A DNA stretch of 56,208 nucleotides from Parvibaculum sp. (GTDB taxonomy: Bacteria > Pseudomonadota > Alphaproteobacteria > Parvibaculales > Parvibaculaceae), in assembly GCA_030682415.1 (NCBI GenBank), contig JAUXOE010000046.1, positions 1 to 56,208 on the forward strand. The letters run 5' to 3'. Positions 34,004 to 43,559 of this stretch are shown here, piece by piece. The notes under the pieces are model-generated. The model had not been told where the DNA came from. It did not search any database and saw only the letters and a program-made list of their open reading frames with translations. Position 1 is the first letter of the stretch. Every line of letters starts with the position of its first letter. A program made the position numbers and the translations under genes.

Positions 34004-34066
34004 CCGCAGCCGCATATGAGGGTAAATGGCGGAATCCTGCGCCTCTCCACTGCCAGCAAACCCGCC

Positions 34067-34093
34067 TGTCACAAGTCCGCACGCCGCCCCGTC
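34067..34093 (+). promoter_or_regulatory. ECF41 promoter
   Basis: TGTCACA-N16-CGTC, an exact match to the ECF41 consensus, upstream of an operon ending in an ECF41 sigma factor. Confidence 0.88.
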
Positions 34094-34128
34094 TTGATGA
34101 TGACACACACCCCTATCGGAGCACCGCC

Positions 34129-34551
34129 ATGACCGTCCTCAAGACCCCGCAGCCCGCCGCACGGATCCTGAAGCCTGCCTTCCTTGTCCTGTGGGGCGGG
34201 CTCTGGCTTGGCAATGCCCTTTGGATGCTGGCAGATCCGGCCGGCTGGTATGCGGGTGTCGACGGCGTCGCCAATACCGGTCCCTACAACCCCCATTTCG
34301 TCCGCGACATCGGTATGGCCTATCTGACGCTCGCCTTGCTCGCCTTCGCGGCGATCCGCTGGCCGGCCATGGCCGTTCCACTTCTCGGCGCGGGCACCCT
34401 CTTTCTTGCGCTCCACGCCCTCCTCCATGTCTGGGACATCGCCGCCGGCCGCCTGCCCGCCGAACACATCCTGATGGACAAGCCGGGTGTGTTCCTCCCT
34501 GCCCTTGTCGGTGCATTGCTCACATGGTGGTGCGCACCGCAGCACAACTGA
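34129..34551 (+). CDS. Small 4-TM membrane protein (DUF4345-like)
   Basis: Four hydrophobic segments, GPYNPHFVRDIG motif; GGAG RBS. Confidence 0.8.
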   Translation: MTVLKTPQPAARILKPAFLVLWGGLWLGNALWMLADPAGWYAGVDGVANTGPYNPHFVRDIGMAYLTLALLAFAAIRWPAMAVPLLGAGTLFLALHALLHVWDIAAGRLPAEHILMDKPGVFLPALVGALLTWWCAPQHN

Positions 34552-34574
34552 CCCCTCACGCAAAGGAGACGATC

Positions 34575-35126
34575 ATGTTTGGATTTCTTGCCCGCCGCCT
34601 CATCGACACGCAAGAACGGTTGACCGGATCGAGCGCCGATTATGCGCGTGACCTCTATGCCGGCTCGCCCGGCGCTTTCTGGCGCTTTACAATTTCCATG
34701 ATGTCGTCCCGCTACGTGAAGACATTGCCTCCGGAAGCCTACTGCGCCGCGGGATTCGGTGCCCTGCGCGCCGAGGATTGTGGCCCATGCGTCCAGATCG
34801 GCGTCAACCTCGCCCTCGCGCAAGGCATCGCAACCGTCGTCGTGCGCGCCGCCGCAACGGGCGATGTCGCATCGCTCAGCGAGGATAACCGGCTGGCCTA
34901 CGAATTTGCCTATGCAGTCGCAACGCGCGACCTCCGCGCGGAGGAGTTGCGGCCCATGGTCGAAAGAAAATGGGGCAAGGCCGGCCTTGCCGAACTGGCT
35001 CTGGAAATCGCAAGCGTGCGGGCCTATCCGGCAATGAAGCGCGCTTTGGGCTATGCTCAAACCTGCCAGCGCGTCGTCATTGAAGGCGAGGTGGCCGACG
35101 CGCGGCCAAGGGAGGCAGCGGCATGA
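34575..35126 (+). CDS. AhpD/carboxymuconolactone decarboxylase-like protein
   Basis: EDCGPC CxxC motif, YPAMKRALG; AAGGAG RBS; a typical ECF41 target class. Confidence 0.8.
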   Translation: MFGFLARRLIDTQERLTGSSADYARDLYAGSPGAFWRFTISMMSSRYVKTLPPEAYCAAGFGALRAEDCGPCVQIGVNLALAQGIATVVVRAAATGDVASLSEDNRLAYEFAYAVATRDLRAEELRPMVERKWGKAGLAELALEIASVRAYPAMKRALGYAQTCQRVVIEGEVADARPREAAA

Positions 35127-36016
35127 CCGCTACGGCAAAATCGGTGCGAAGCGACGAGATTTTCGAGCGCCATCGCGCCCGCGCCTTCTCGGTCGCTTAT
35201 CGAATTGTCGGGTCGGTCAGCGACGCCGAGGATGTGGTGCAGGAAGCGTGGCTCCGTTGGCGTGGCATTGACCCCGCGACGATCCGCAACCCCGAAGCCT
35301 GGCTTGTTACCACAACGGCGCGCCTCGGCATCGACGCCTTGCGCGCCGCACGGGCCCGCCGCGAAACCTATGTCGGACCATGGTTGCCCGAGCCGATGGT
35401 CGCGGCCGCCGCCGACACCGAGCCGACGCCGGAGGACCGCCTTGCGCTCGCCGACGACGTTTCGATGGCGCTGCTTCATGTGCTGGAGCGCCTCGCGCCG
35501 GAGGAACGTGCGGCGTTTCTTTTGCACGATGCATTTGACTACGATTATGGTGAGCTGGCAGCCCTTCTCGGCAAGTCTGAAGCGGCCTGCCGCCAAACGG
35601 TAAGCCGCGCGCGCCGCCGCGTGCATGACGAGCATCCCCGTTTCGATACCAGCGCCCGCGAGCATGCGCGCCTCGCCGCCGCATTCGGCAATGCGATCGC
35701 CGCCGCCGATCCAAAAGCCTTGCTTGAATGCTTCACGGAAGACGTCGTGTTCTATTCGGATGGCGGCGGCAAGGCCATCGCAGCGCTCAATCCGATCCAC
35801 GGAGCGGACAGCGTCAGACGGTTCTTCTTCGGGATACTGAAAAAAGCACAAGGCGCGATAGAAGCGCGTGCGGTTACGGTCAATGGTCGGCCGGGCTTCG
35901 TTCTGGAATTGGACGGAAAACTGGACACGGTCCTGACCTTCGGCATCGCCGACGGCCGCATTGCGACGGTCTATGCAATGCGCAATCCGGACAAGCTTGC
36001 GCGGGTCAGGGTCTAG
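35123..36016 (+). CDS. sigJ: ECF41 RNA polymerase sigma factor with SnoaL-like extension (SigJ-like)
   Basis: DAEDVVQEAW, YVGPWLPEP, DGGGK and NPDKL signature motifs. Confidence 0.93.
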   Translation: MTATAKSVRSDEIFERHRARAFSVAYRIVGSVSDAEDVVQEAWLRWRGIDPATIRNPEAWLVTTTARLGIDALRAARARRETYVGPWLPEPMVAAAADTEPTPEDRLALADDVSMALLHVLERLAPEERAAFLLHDAFDYDYGELAALLGKSEAACRQTVSRARRRVHDEHPRFDTSAREHARLAAAFGNAIAAADPKALLECFTEDVVFYSDGGGKAIAALNPIHGADSVRRFFFGILKKAQGAIEARAVTVNGRPGFVLELDGKLDTVLTFGIADGRIATVYAMRNPDKLARVRV

Positions 36017-36025
36017 CAGGAAGCG

Positions 36026-36985
36026 TCAGGACGCCTTGCCCTTCTTGGCAAGCGGGTGATGGGTCTGCACCAAATCTTTCAGCCGCTCGTCCAGCACATG
36101 CGTGTAGATCTGTGTCGTCGAAATATCGGCATGGCCCAACATTTGCTGCACGGCGCGCAAGTCGGCGCCGTTGGCCAGAAGATGGCTGGCAAAGGCATGC
36201 CGCAACGTATGTGGCGACACCCGCGTCGGATCCAGACCGGCAGAGATGGCGAGGTCTTTCAGCAACTGCGCGAAGCGATGCCGCGTCAGATGGCCTTGCC
36301 GGCCACGCGATGGAAAGAGCCAGGGCGAGGACTTGTCGCCGAGCCGCAGCGCGCGCAAGGGCAGATAAGTGTCGATGGCAGTCCGCGCCGTCTCCGACAA
36401 CGGCACCAGCCGCTCGCGGCCGCCCTTGCCGCTCACCGAAAGAAATCGCTCGTCGCCCCTGACCGCCGAAAGCGGCAGCCCCACCAGCTCCGAGACGCGC
36501 AGACCCGTCGCATAAAGAACTTCCATCAGACCGACAATCCGCGCGCGCTTGTAGGCCAGCACCGCCTCCTCATGGGTGCGCCCGTCCTCGGCGCGCCGGG
36601 CTGCGGCCAGCAATCCGTCAACTTCCTCAACGCTCAGTGTTTTTGGCAACGGCCGCGCCCGGCGCGGGCCTTCGATCGACCCGCAGGGATCGTCCTTGCG
36701 CACACCGTCGGCAAAAAGAAAGCCATGGAACTGACGAATGGCAGAAAGCCGCCGTGCCGCCGTTGACGCCGACAAACCTTGTGCAGCGACATGCTCCAGA
36801 TAATCGCGAATATCCTTGGCCGTCGCCTCGGTCGATGCCTTTCCAGACGTCGCGAGAAAGCTGGAAAAATCCTTCAGATCGCGTTCATAGGCATCAAGCG
36901 TGTTGCGCGCTGCGCCACGCTCGGCACTCAGCATTTCGAGAAAGGCTTCAAGATGAAGCCCGCGCTCCACGGATACTTTCGGCAT
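36026..36985 (-). CDS. xerD: Tyrosine recombinase XerD
   Basis: YATGLRVSEL, GKGGRER, HTLRH, LGH, TTQIY; usual position between aroK and accA. Alternative GTG start at 36994. Confidence 0.93.
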   Translation of the reverse strand: MPKVSVERGLHLEAFLEMLSAERGAARNTLDAYERDLKDFSSFLATSGKASTEATAKDIRDYLEHVAAQGLSASTAARRLSAIRQFHGFLFADGVRKDDPCGSIEGPRRARPLPKTLSVEEVDGLLAAARRAEDGRTHEEAVLAYKRARIVGLMEVLYATGLRVSELVGLPLSAVRGDERFLSVSGKGGRERLVPLSETARTAIDTYLPLRALRLGDKSSPWLFPSRGRQGHLTRHRFAQLLKDLAISAGLDPTRVSPHTLRHAFASHLLANGADLRAVQQMLGHADISTTQIYTHVLDERLKDLVQTHHPLAKKGKAS

Positions 36986-37004
36986 TCCAATCACCCGATG
37001 TTAC

Positions 37005-38936
37005 TCAACCACGTCCGGCGTAGCTGCGCGCAAAAAGCGCTTCGAGAGCAAGGCGCCGGGCCTCGCTTTCAAGTTCGACCGCCCTGAGACTGGCCGTCGC
37101 CTGCGCCACCGCTCTGGGATGAACGGCACTGGGCCCACCCAGGCCCAGCACGTCGAGCGACAGCAAAACCGTTTCGCCAATGGCCTTCTTGTGGCCTGCC
37201 ATCTGTAATTGGCTGAGCAGCACCTCGGAGGACGCATCGCCCGAGAGAGCGCTTCGCGCGTCGAGCAAAGCTTCCCACACGGCCGGTGTCGGCGAGTGGC
37301 CAAGCGCATCGAGGAGCATCGCTTCACAGGCGGCAAAGGCCTGTGCTGCGCGTTCGCCGGAGCGCAGGTCGGCGATGATCTCGGCCGACACACTTTCGCT
37401 GTCAAAGCCCGTTGCGGTACCACCCGCAATTCGCATCAACGCTGCGAGTTCGCGTCCGTCGCGGCCAAGGCCTGGCGTTGATTGCGTCAGTGCAAACCAT
37501 TCAGCCGCTCTGGCCCGCTCACCGAGAGCAAGGAAGGCGCGCGTGGCGCTTGCCGCCATTGGACGCAAGGCATCGGATGGCGTCATACCGCTGAGTTCTT
37601 CGTGCAAGGCTTCGACCGTCGGATAGTAGAGCCCGGCCGATTCCGACGTTGCGAAAGCAAGCTTGAAGAGCCGCATCCGGTCGTCGGCGGCAACCGCCGC
37701 ATCAATCGCCTGATGGATCATCGCGCGCCGCAGCGGCGACGCCTCCGGAATATCGGAAGTCAGCAGGCCGGCCATCTGCTCTTCGGTAAAAGTCGGCATC
37801 TTGTAGTAGGCCGCGAGCTCACGCCCGTCGATCAGATCGTAACGCGCTGCGCGTTCGGCGACTGCTATACGAATTTCGTCACTCAATGCACCGTCACGCA
37901 GCAAGCCCGGCAACAGCGCCGGGTCGGCAATCTCTGCAACATTGTCCGGCAGGTCGCGGCCGGCAAGCCGGTAGAAGGCGGCATCGACGATGCTGAGCTT
38001 GTTGGGCTCAGGCGCGCGCAGGAAAATCCCGGCAGCCGCTTCGCTCGCCAGCGAAAAGAACAACGCATCGTTCAGCCCTTCCTCGCGCGCAAGGTCGAGC
38101 GTCAAATTGGCAATCTCGGGATTGCCGGCAACAATCTGGCAATAGGCGCTGAGTTTGACCGCAAAGGCCGCCATGTCGTTCCGCGCCGGATCGTTGCCGG
38201 GCGGAATATCGGCCAGCGCCGCGCACGCCCGATTGTCGTCACCCGCTGCCAGTGCCGCGCGCGCCAGCTCGACCGCGATCTGCGGCGATCGGGCGGCGCC
38301 GCCCGCAAGTGCCAGTTGCAGGGCGGCATCCGTCTGCCCGGCCGCCAGCAGCCTGTTCAGTCGTGCCGCAAGCAGCGGCACACCGCTGCCCGCCCCTTCC
38401 GGAGGTTGGGCACCCGTCAACAACAGCCGTCGCGCCAAGTCGGCCATCACCGGCGAGCCGGTCGCGACGGGAAGCCGCACCAGGTAAATCTCGATATCGG
38501 TGCGTGAAGCGCCCTGCCACATGGCCGGTCCAAAACCGCCTTCCTGCATCCCGAGCAAGCCGACACTCGACGTATCGACACCGGACAGGGAGCCGATCTG
38601 GACATCCGTCCGCGCCGCACCGGGAACGGCACTGAGCATGCGAACCGCTGGCTCGCTGGACTGGAGACCGGCCGGGAAAAGTTGCGAAGGCGCGGTGCGT
38701 GACACAGCCGGCGAATCGGGCGCCGACAGGCCCGAAGCAGGCGTCGTCGCGCCATAGCCTGGCGGCACGATACTCTGGGGCCCGGAAGGCGACGCCGTCG
38801 GCGCGGGTTCCATACCCCCAGGGGCCTGCAGGACATTCGCCCCTTGGGCAAACACCGATGTGGCAGGCATCGCGACGGAAACGAGCATCGCAAGGCCGGC
38901 GGCGCGAAACCCTTGCCTAGCGCGGAAACTGACCAT
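37005..38936 (-). CDS. Exported alpha-helical hypothetical protein (643 aa)
   Basis: Signal peptide ending VFA, Pro/Ser-rich linker, GGFGPAMWQG and LARRLLL motifs; overlaps the upstream small gene. Confidence 0.82.
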   Translation of the reverse strand: MVSFRARQGFRAAGLAMLVSVAMPATSVFAQGANVLQAPGGMEPAPTASPSGPQSIVPPGYGATTPASGLSAPDSPAVSRTAPSQLFPAGLQSSEPAVRMLSAVPGAARTDVQIGSLSGVDTSSVGLLGMQEGGFGPAMWQGASRTDIEIYLVRLPVATGSPVMADLARRLLLTGAQPPEGAGSGVPLLAARLNRLLAAGQTDAALQLALAGGAARSPQIAVELARAALAAGDDNRACAALADIPPGNDPARNDMAAFAVKLSAYCQIVAGNPEIANLTLDLAREEGLNDALFFSLASEAAAGIFLRAPEPNKLSIVDAAFYRLAGRDLPDNVAEIADPALLPGLLRDGALSDEIRIAVAERAARYDLIDGRELAAYYKMPTFTEEQMAGLLTSDIPEASPLRRAMIHQAIDAAVAADDRMRLFKLAFATSESAGLYYPTVEALHEELSGMTPSDALRPMAASATRAFLALGERARAAEWFALTQSTPGLGRDGRELAALMRIAGGTATGFDSESVSAEIIADLRSGERAAQAFAACEAMLLDALGHSPTPAVWEALLDARSALSGDASSEVLLSQLQMAGHKKAIGETVLLSLDVLGLGGPSAVHPRAVAQATASLRAVELESEARRLALEALFARSYAGRG

Positions 38937-39060
38937 CGGGGAGAGCCTTCTCCACTGTCTGAACCTCGGGCACGACAGCCCGATCAAGATAAAAGAGCCC
39001 GCCAGCGAACATCGCCACAAGCACGGCGACGACGACAAGGAGGCCGGTTGCGCGGCTCAT
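38917..39060 (-). CDS. 47-aa single-pass membrane protein (not in the ORF track)
   Basis: MSRATGLLVVVAVLVAMFAGGLFYLDRAVVPEVQTVEKALPDGQFPR*; GAAGGA RBS; 20-nt overlap with the next gene. Confidence 0.8.
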   Translation of the reverse strand: MSRATGLLVVVAVLVAMFAGGLFYLDRAVVPEVQTVEKALPDGQFPR

Positions 39061-39356
39061 CGTTTCTTCCTTCTCAAGGCCCGGTGCGGACCGTTGCTGT
39101 CATATCGCCATAACGGGAGAAAAAGCCTTAGGCCCCGCTTGCGGCGAAAATGGGGCGCGACGGATCCGCCCCCATCATCTACAACCCCGCCTTCGCTGGA
39201 ACCATGCTAACAATCCGGTAGGATAGCGGCCTTCCGCCACCCTGTGGCGCCGGTTCGGCGAGGGAATCGGTGGGAGAATAGAACAGCTAAGGTTAAGGCC
39301 GCTATATCGGGCAAGCATGCCCCATACTGAAAGCCCGCCGCCTGACAGGCAGGAAA

Positions 39357-39965
39357 ATGGCAAGGAACGAACAACGTCGAGCGTCAGAAACGGACTTGGG
39401 TGAGACCCTCGCACCGGCGCCCCGCGACGAACGTTCGATCGTCCTGGTCGGTCTGATGGGCGCCGGCAAGACGACAGTCGGGCGCCGTCTTGCCCGCCGG
39501 CTCGACCTCGACTTTGTCGACGCCGATGCCGAAATCGAACAGGCAGCCGGAGAAACCGTTCCAGAGATTTTCGCCCGCCATGGCGAGGCAGCTTTCCGTG
39601 CCGGCGAGCGCCGTGTCATCACCCGGCTGCTGGCCGGCCCACCGCATGTGCTGGCGACGGGTGGCGGCGCCTTCATGGACCCGGTGACGCGCGCCAATAT
39701 CGCCGCTCGCGGCATTTCGATCTGGCTGAAGGCCGATCTCGATGTACTGATGAAGCGCGTCGCCAAGCGTGGCGACAGGCCGTTGCTGGACAATGGCAAC
39801 CCGCGGGCCACCATGAAACGCCTGATCGACGAGCGCTACCCGGTCTATGCCACGGCCGATATTGCGATCGAAAGCATCGAAGGGCCGCATGAAGCGGTCG
39901 TCGAAACTATCATCGGCAAGCTGAAGGAGTTCCGTAGTCGGAGTGGCGGAGAAGGCAATGACTGA
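39357..39965 (+). CDS. aroK: Shikimate kinase
   Basis: GLMGAGKT, DADAEIE, ATGGGA, RPLL. Confidence 0.97.
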   Translation: MARNEQRRASETDLGETLAPAPRDERSIVLVGLMGAGKTTVGRRLARRLDLDFVDADAEIEQAAGETVPEIFARHGEAAFRAGERRVITRLLAGPPHVLATGGGAFMDPVTRANIAARGISIWLKADLDVLMKRVAKRGDRPLLDNGNPRATMKRLIDERYPVYATADIAIESIEGPHEAVVETIIGKLKEFRSRSGGEGND

Positions 39966-41076
39966 CACCATTCGAAAAGTCGCCGTCGATCTCGGCGACC
40001 GCACCTATGACATTCTGGTCGGGCCGGGACTTGTCGTCGATGCGGGCCTTCACTTGAAGCCGCTGCTACGCCGCGGCCGCCTTGCCATTGTCACCGACGA
40101 GACGGTGGCACACCTCCACTTGCCCGCCTTGCAAAAGAGCCTCGACGCTACGGGCATCCGCCACGACACGATCATCTTGCCGGCGGGCGAAAGCACCAAA
40201 TCGTTCGCGCAACTCGAAAAGCTGACCGAATGGCTCCTCGACACCGGTATCGAACGCGGCGACCTCGTGGTCGCTCTGGGCGGCGGCGTGATCGGCGACC
40301 TGACCGGCTTTGCGGCCGCGATCTTGCGGCGCGGCGTCGATTTCGTACAAATTCCGACGACGCTGCTCTCGCAGGTCGACAGCTCCGTCGGCGGAAAAAC
40401 CGGTATCAACACACGGCAAGGCAAAAACCTCGCCGGGGCCTTCCACCAGCCACGCCTGGTGCTCGCCGACGTTACCGCGCTCGAAACCCTGCCGATGCGC
40501 GAATTTCTGGCCGGTTACGCCGAGGTGGTCAAATACGGGCTGATTGGTGACCGCGCCTTTTTCGATTGGCTGGAGACAAATCTCGACCGCCTGACCCAAG
40601 GCGACCGCGACACGCGTATCCACGCCATCGTCAAAAGCTGCGAAGCGAAGGCCGCAACCGTCGCCGCCGACGAACGTGAAAGCGGCGTCCGGGCGCTGCT
40701 CAATCTCGGCCACACCTTCGGCCACGCGCTGGAAGCCGCCACCGGCTTCTCGCAGCGCCTCATCCACGGCGAAGGCGTCGCCATCGGCATGGCGTTGGCT
40801 TTCGACCTCTCGGCGCGTCTCGGCCTCTGCCCCGGACAGGACGCGCTTCGTGTCCGTCGTCACCTCATGCAGGCTGGCTTGCCGACCCGGCTCGCTGACG
40901 TGCCGGGCACACTGCCAGATGCCGATGGCCTGATTGCGCTGATGGGGCAGGACAAGAAGGTTGTCGACGGCAAGCTCACTTTCATTCTGGCCCGCGGCAT
41001 CGGCGAGGCTTTCATCACGCGCGACGTTGAACTGTCCTCCTTGCGCGAACTGCTGCGGGAACGGGAGCCCGCCTGA
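39958..41076 (+). CDS. aroB: 3-dehydroquinate synthase
   Basis: GGGVIGDL, PTTLLSQVDSSVGGKT, LNLGHTFGHA, HGEGV. Confidence 0.98.
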   Translation: MTDTIRKVAVDLGDRTYDILVGPGLVVDAGLHLKPLLRRGRLAIVTDETVAHLHLPALQKSLDATGIRHDTIILPAGESTKSFAQLEKLTEWLLDTGIERGDLVVALGGGVIGDLTGFAAAILRRGVDFVQIPTTLLSQVDSSVGGKTGINTRQGKNLAGAFHQPRLVLADVTALETLPMREFLAGYAEVVKYGLIGDRAFFDWLETNLDRLTQGDRDTRIHAIVKSCEAKAATVAADERESGVRALLNLGHTFGHALEAATGFSQRLIHGEGVAIGMALAFDLSARLGLCPGQDALRVRRHLMQAGLPTRLADVPGTLPDADGLIALMGQDKKVVDGKLTFILARGIGEAFITRDVELSSLRELLREREPA

Positions 41077-41077
41077 C

Positions 41078-42370
41078 ATGCTGTCCCTCGGCCTTAGTGC
41101 CATCCTCGGCGCCATTCTCCTGCTGTTGCTGTTCTCGGCCTTTTTCTCAGGCTCCGAAACGGCGCTCACCGCCGCGTCGCGCGCGCGCATGCACCGCCTC
41201 GCCGAAGATGGAAGCAAGCGCGCCCGCACGGTTCTCAGCCTCACCGAGGATCGCGAACGTCTGATCGGCGCGGTGCTGCTCGGCAACAATCTTGTCAACA
41301 TTCTGGCCTCGGCCCTCGCAACCAGCTTGTTTCTTGCATTGTTCGGAGACGCCGGCGTCGTTTACGCCACATTGGTCATGACGGCCGTCGTCCTGATTTT
41401 TGCGGAAGTCGCGCCCAAGACGGTTGCCATCACCAACACAGATCGCGTCGCACTGGCCGTCGCACCGATCTTGCGTGTCGTCACCTTTGTATTCGGGCCG
41501 ATCACGGCTGCCGTACAATTCATCGTCCGCATTGCGTTGCGCCCCTTCGGCCTCAATGTCGATCAGAACCAGCAGGTTCTTTCTGCACATGAAGAGTTGC
41601 GTGGCGCGATCAACCTGCATCACCACGAAGGCAGCGTCGTCAAGATCGACCGTGACATGCTGGGCGGCATCCTCGATCTGCACGATCTCGAAGTCAGTGA
41701 CGTCATGGTTCACCGCAAGAACATCGTGATGATCGACACGGCACAGCCTAACAGCGAGATCATCGCGCAGGCGCTCGCAAGCCCACACACGCGCTTTCCG
41801 TTATGGCGCGACGATCCGGAAAACATCGTCGGCGTCCTGCACGCCAAGGATCTGCTGCGCGCGCTCGCAGGGGCGGGTTGGACGGCGGACAGCATCGACG
41901 TTCTATCGATCGCCACCAAACCATGGTTCGTACCCGACACGACCGCTTTGCAGGACCAGCTCAACGCATTCCTTCGCCGCAAGACGCATTTCGCGCTCGT
42001 AGTCGACGAGTATGGCGCGCTGATGGGCCTGATCACGCTGGAGGACATTCTCGAGGAAATCGTCGGCGACATTCGCGACGAGCACGATATTGAGGTCGCT
42101 GGCGTCCGCCTCCAGCCCGACGGCTCGGTCGTCGTCAACGGCGTCGTGCCGATCCGCGATCTCAATCGCGCCTTCGACTGGTCGCTGCCCGACGAGGAAG
42201 CAACCACTGTTGCCGGACTCGTCATTCACGAGGCGCGTACCATCCCGGAAGTCGGCCAGACCTTCACCTTCCATGGTTTCCGCTTCGAGATTCTGCGTCG
42301 CCAACGCAACCAGATTGCCCAACTCCGCATCGCGCCCGCCCGCAACCTCAAGGCCGGCACGGGCGGCTAG
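41078..42370 (+). CDS. HlyC/CorC (CNNM) family Mg/Co transporter
   Basis: SAFFSGSETA, LLGNNLVN, CBS pair (VVDEYG, TLEDILEEIVG), CorC_HlyC C-terminus. Confidence 0.93.
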   Translation: MLSLGLSAILGAILLLLLFSAFFSGSETALTAASRARMHRLAEDGSKRARTVLSLTEDRERLIGAVLLGNNLVNILASALATSLFLALFGDAGVVYATLVMTAVVLIFAEVAPKTVAITNTDRVALAVAPILRVVTFVFGPITAAVQFIVRIALRPFGLNVDQNQQVLSAHEELRGAINLHHHEGSVVKIDRDMLGGILDLHDLEVSDVMVHRKNIVMIDTAQPNSEIIAQALASPHTRFPLWRDDPENIVGVLHAKDLLRALAGAGWTADSIDVLSIATKPWFVPDTTALQDQLNAFLRRKTHFALVVDEYGALMGLITLEDILEEIVGDIRDEHDIEVAGVRLQPDGSVVVNGVVPIRDLNRAFDWSLPDEEATTVAGLVIHEARTIPEVGQTFTFHGFRFEILRRQRNQIAQLRIAPARNLKAGTGG

Positions 42371-42651
42371 CGCGGATCGGCGGCCGCTTCCTCCGGCGTC
42401 ATCGCCTTGATGCTGAGGGCATGGATGGGATCACCCATCTCTTCTTTCAGCGCCGCCGTTACCGCACGCTGACGCTCCACCCGCGACTTTCCCGCAAAGC
42501 CTGCGGCCACGATGATGACACGGAAATGGCTTTCCCCGCCCGGACGATGCCCGGCATGGCCTTTATGGAGATGCGACTGGTCCTCAATTTCGAGCCTGTT
42601 CGGCGCGAGCGCCGCTTCTAGCTTGCGGCGCATGGTCTCGGCGACGGTCAT
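42367..42651 (-). CDS. bolA: BolA family protein
   Basis: DQSHLHKGH, ESHF, FAGKSRVERQR, IHALSI. Confidence 0.94.
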   Translation of the reverse strand: MTVAETMRRKLEAALAPNRLEIEDQSHLHKGHAGHRPGGESHFRVIIVAAGFAGKSRVERQRAVTAALKEEMGDPIHALSIKAMTPEEAAADPR

Positions 42652-42757
42652 ACGGATTTCCGGTTAACCTGTTTGTTAATGCATGGATGGTCAACGTAAC
42701 GGCACAGCACGACATGCTTCCTTGTTTTAGGTCCAGCGCCAACCCATAATTTGAACT

Positions 42758-43429
42758 GTGAAACTGAGCTCGAAATATTTTGATTCGATCCGGATCGCAC
42801 CGCGCAAGATGCGCGGCCTGGAGCAGCCTCCGCATGTCCGTACCGCTGCCCATGAAGCGCCCCGGCGTTGCGAATGGGCCGGCTGCCGCGAGCCCGGTCT
42901 CCATCGAGCACCACGCGCCCACGCGACGGCTGGTGTCGATGCCGGCGGTGACGCGCAATATGCATGGTTCTGTGAAACCCATATCCGCGAATTCAATGGC
43001 AATTATGACTTCTTCAGAGGCATGAGCGACGCCGACGTCGCCGCTTTCCAGCGCGAGGCACTGACCGGCCACCGGCCGACCTGGAATTTGGGTGTCAATG
43101 CCGCGAATACAGCTTTTGGGCCCCGCTTCGGCCCCCGCATGGGCCGGGCAGCACCTTTTCGCGATGCCTTTGGCTTTTTTGAGGATACCGCAGGGTCAAC
43201 CGGCCCTGAGGAACCGCAAACGCGGCGCAAGCCCCGGGCGCTGGAGCAACAGGCGCTTGAGACGCTGGACCTCGACGGGACCGCCTCCTTGAACGAGATC
43301 AAGGCACGGTATAAGGAACTGGTCAAAAGGCACCATCCCGACGCCAATGGCGGCGACAGGTCGGCCGAGGAGCGTCTCCGCAAGGTCATTCAGGCCTACG
43401 ATTACCTCCGCAAGAGCGGCTACCGCTGA
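42758..43429 (+). CDS. Class C J-domain protein (N-terminal Cys/His motif, C-terminal J domain)
   Basis: CEWAGC..HRAP..FCETH; C-terminal HHPDANGG; GTG start. Confidence 0.9.
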   Translation: MKLSSKYFDSIRIAPRKMRGLEQPPHVRTAAHEAPRRCEWAGCREPGLHRAPRAHATAGVDAGGDAQYAWFCETHIREFNGNYDFFRGMSDADVAAFQREALTGHRPTWNLGVNAANTAFGPRFGPRMGRAAPFRDAFGFFEDTAGSTGPEEPQTRRKPRALEQQALETLDLDGTASLNEIKARYKELVKRHHPDANGGDRSAEERLRKVIQAYDYLRKSGYR

Positions 43430-43559
43430 TCGGCAGCGGGCAGCGACGGGCTTGGAAACGCCCTGCACCGGGCGGCACCCCGGTTTGGGCAAGAACGATC
43501 GGGTTTTGGACGACACGTAGGGAAGTAGGCCAGGAATGAGCTTCGAAGCACGAAACGGC

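Noticed and set aside
36026-36994. Tyrosine recombinase as the integrase of a mobile element
   Set aside because: Typical XerD sequence in its housekeeping context; no att repeats, tRNA or phage genes.
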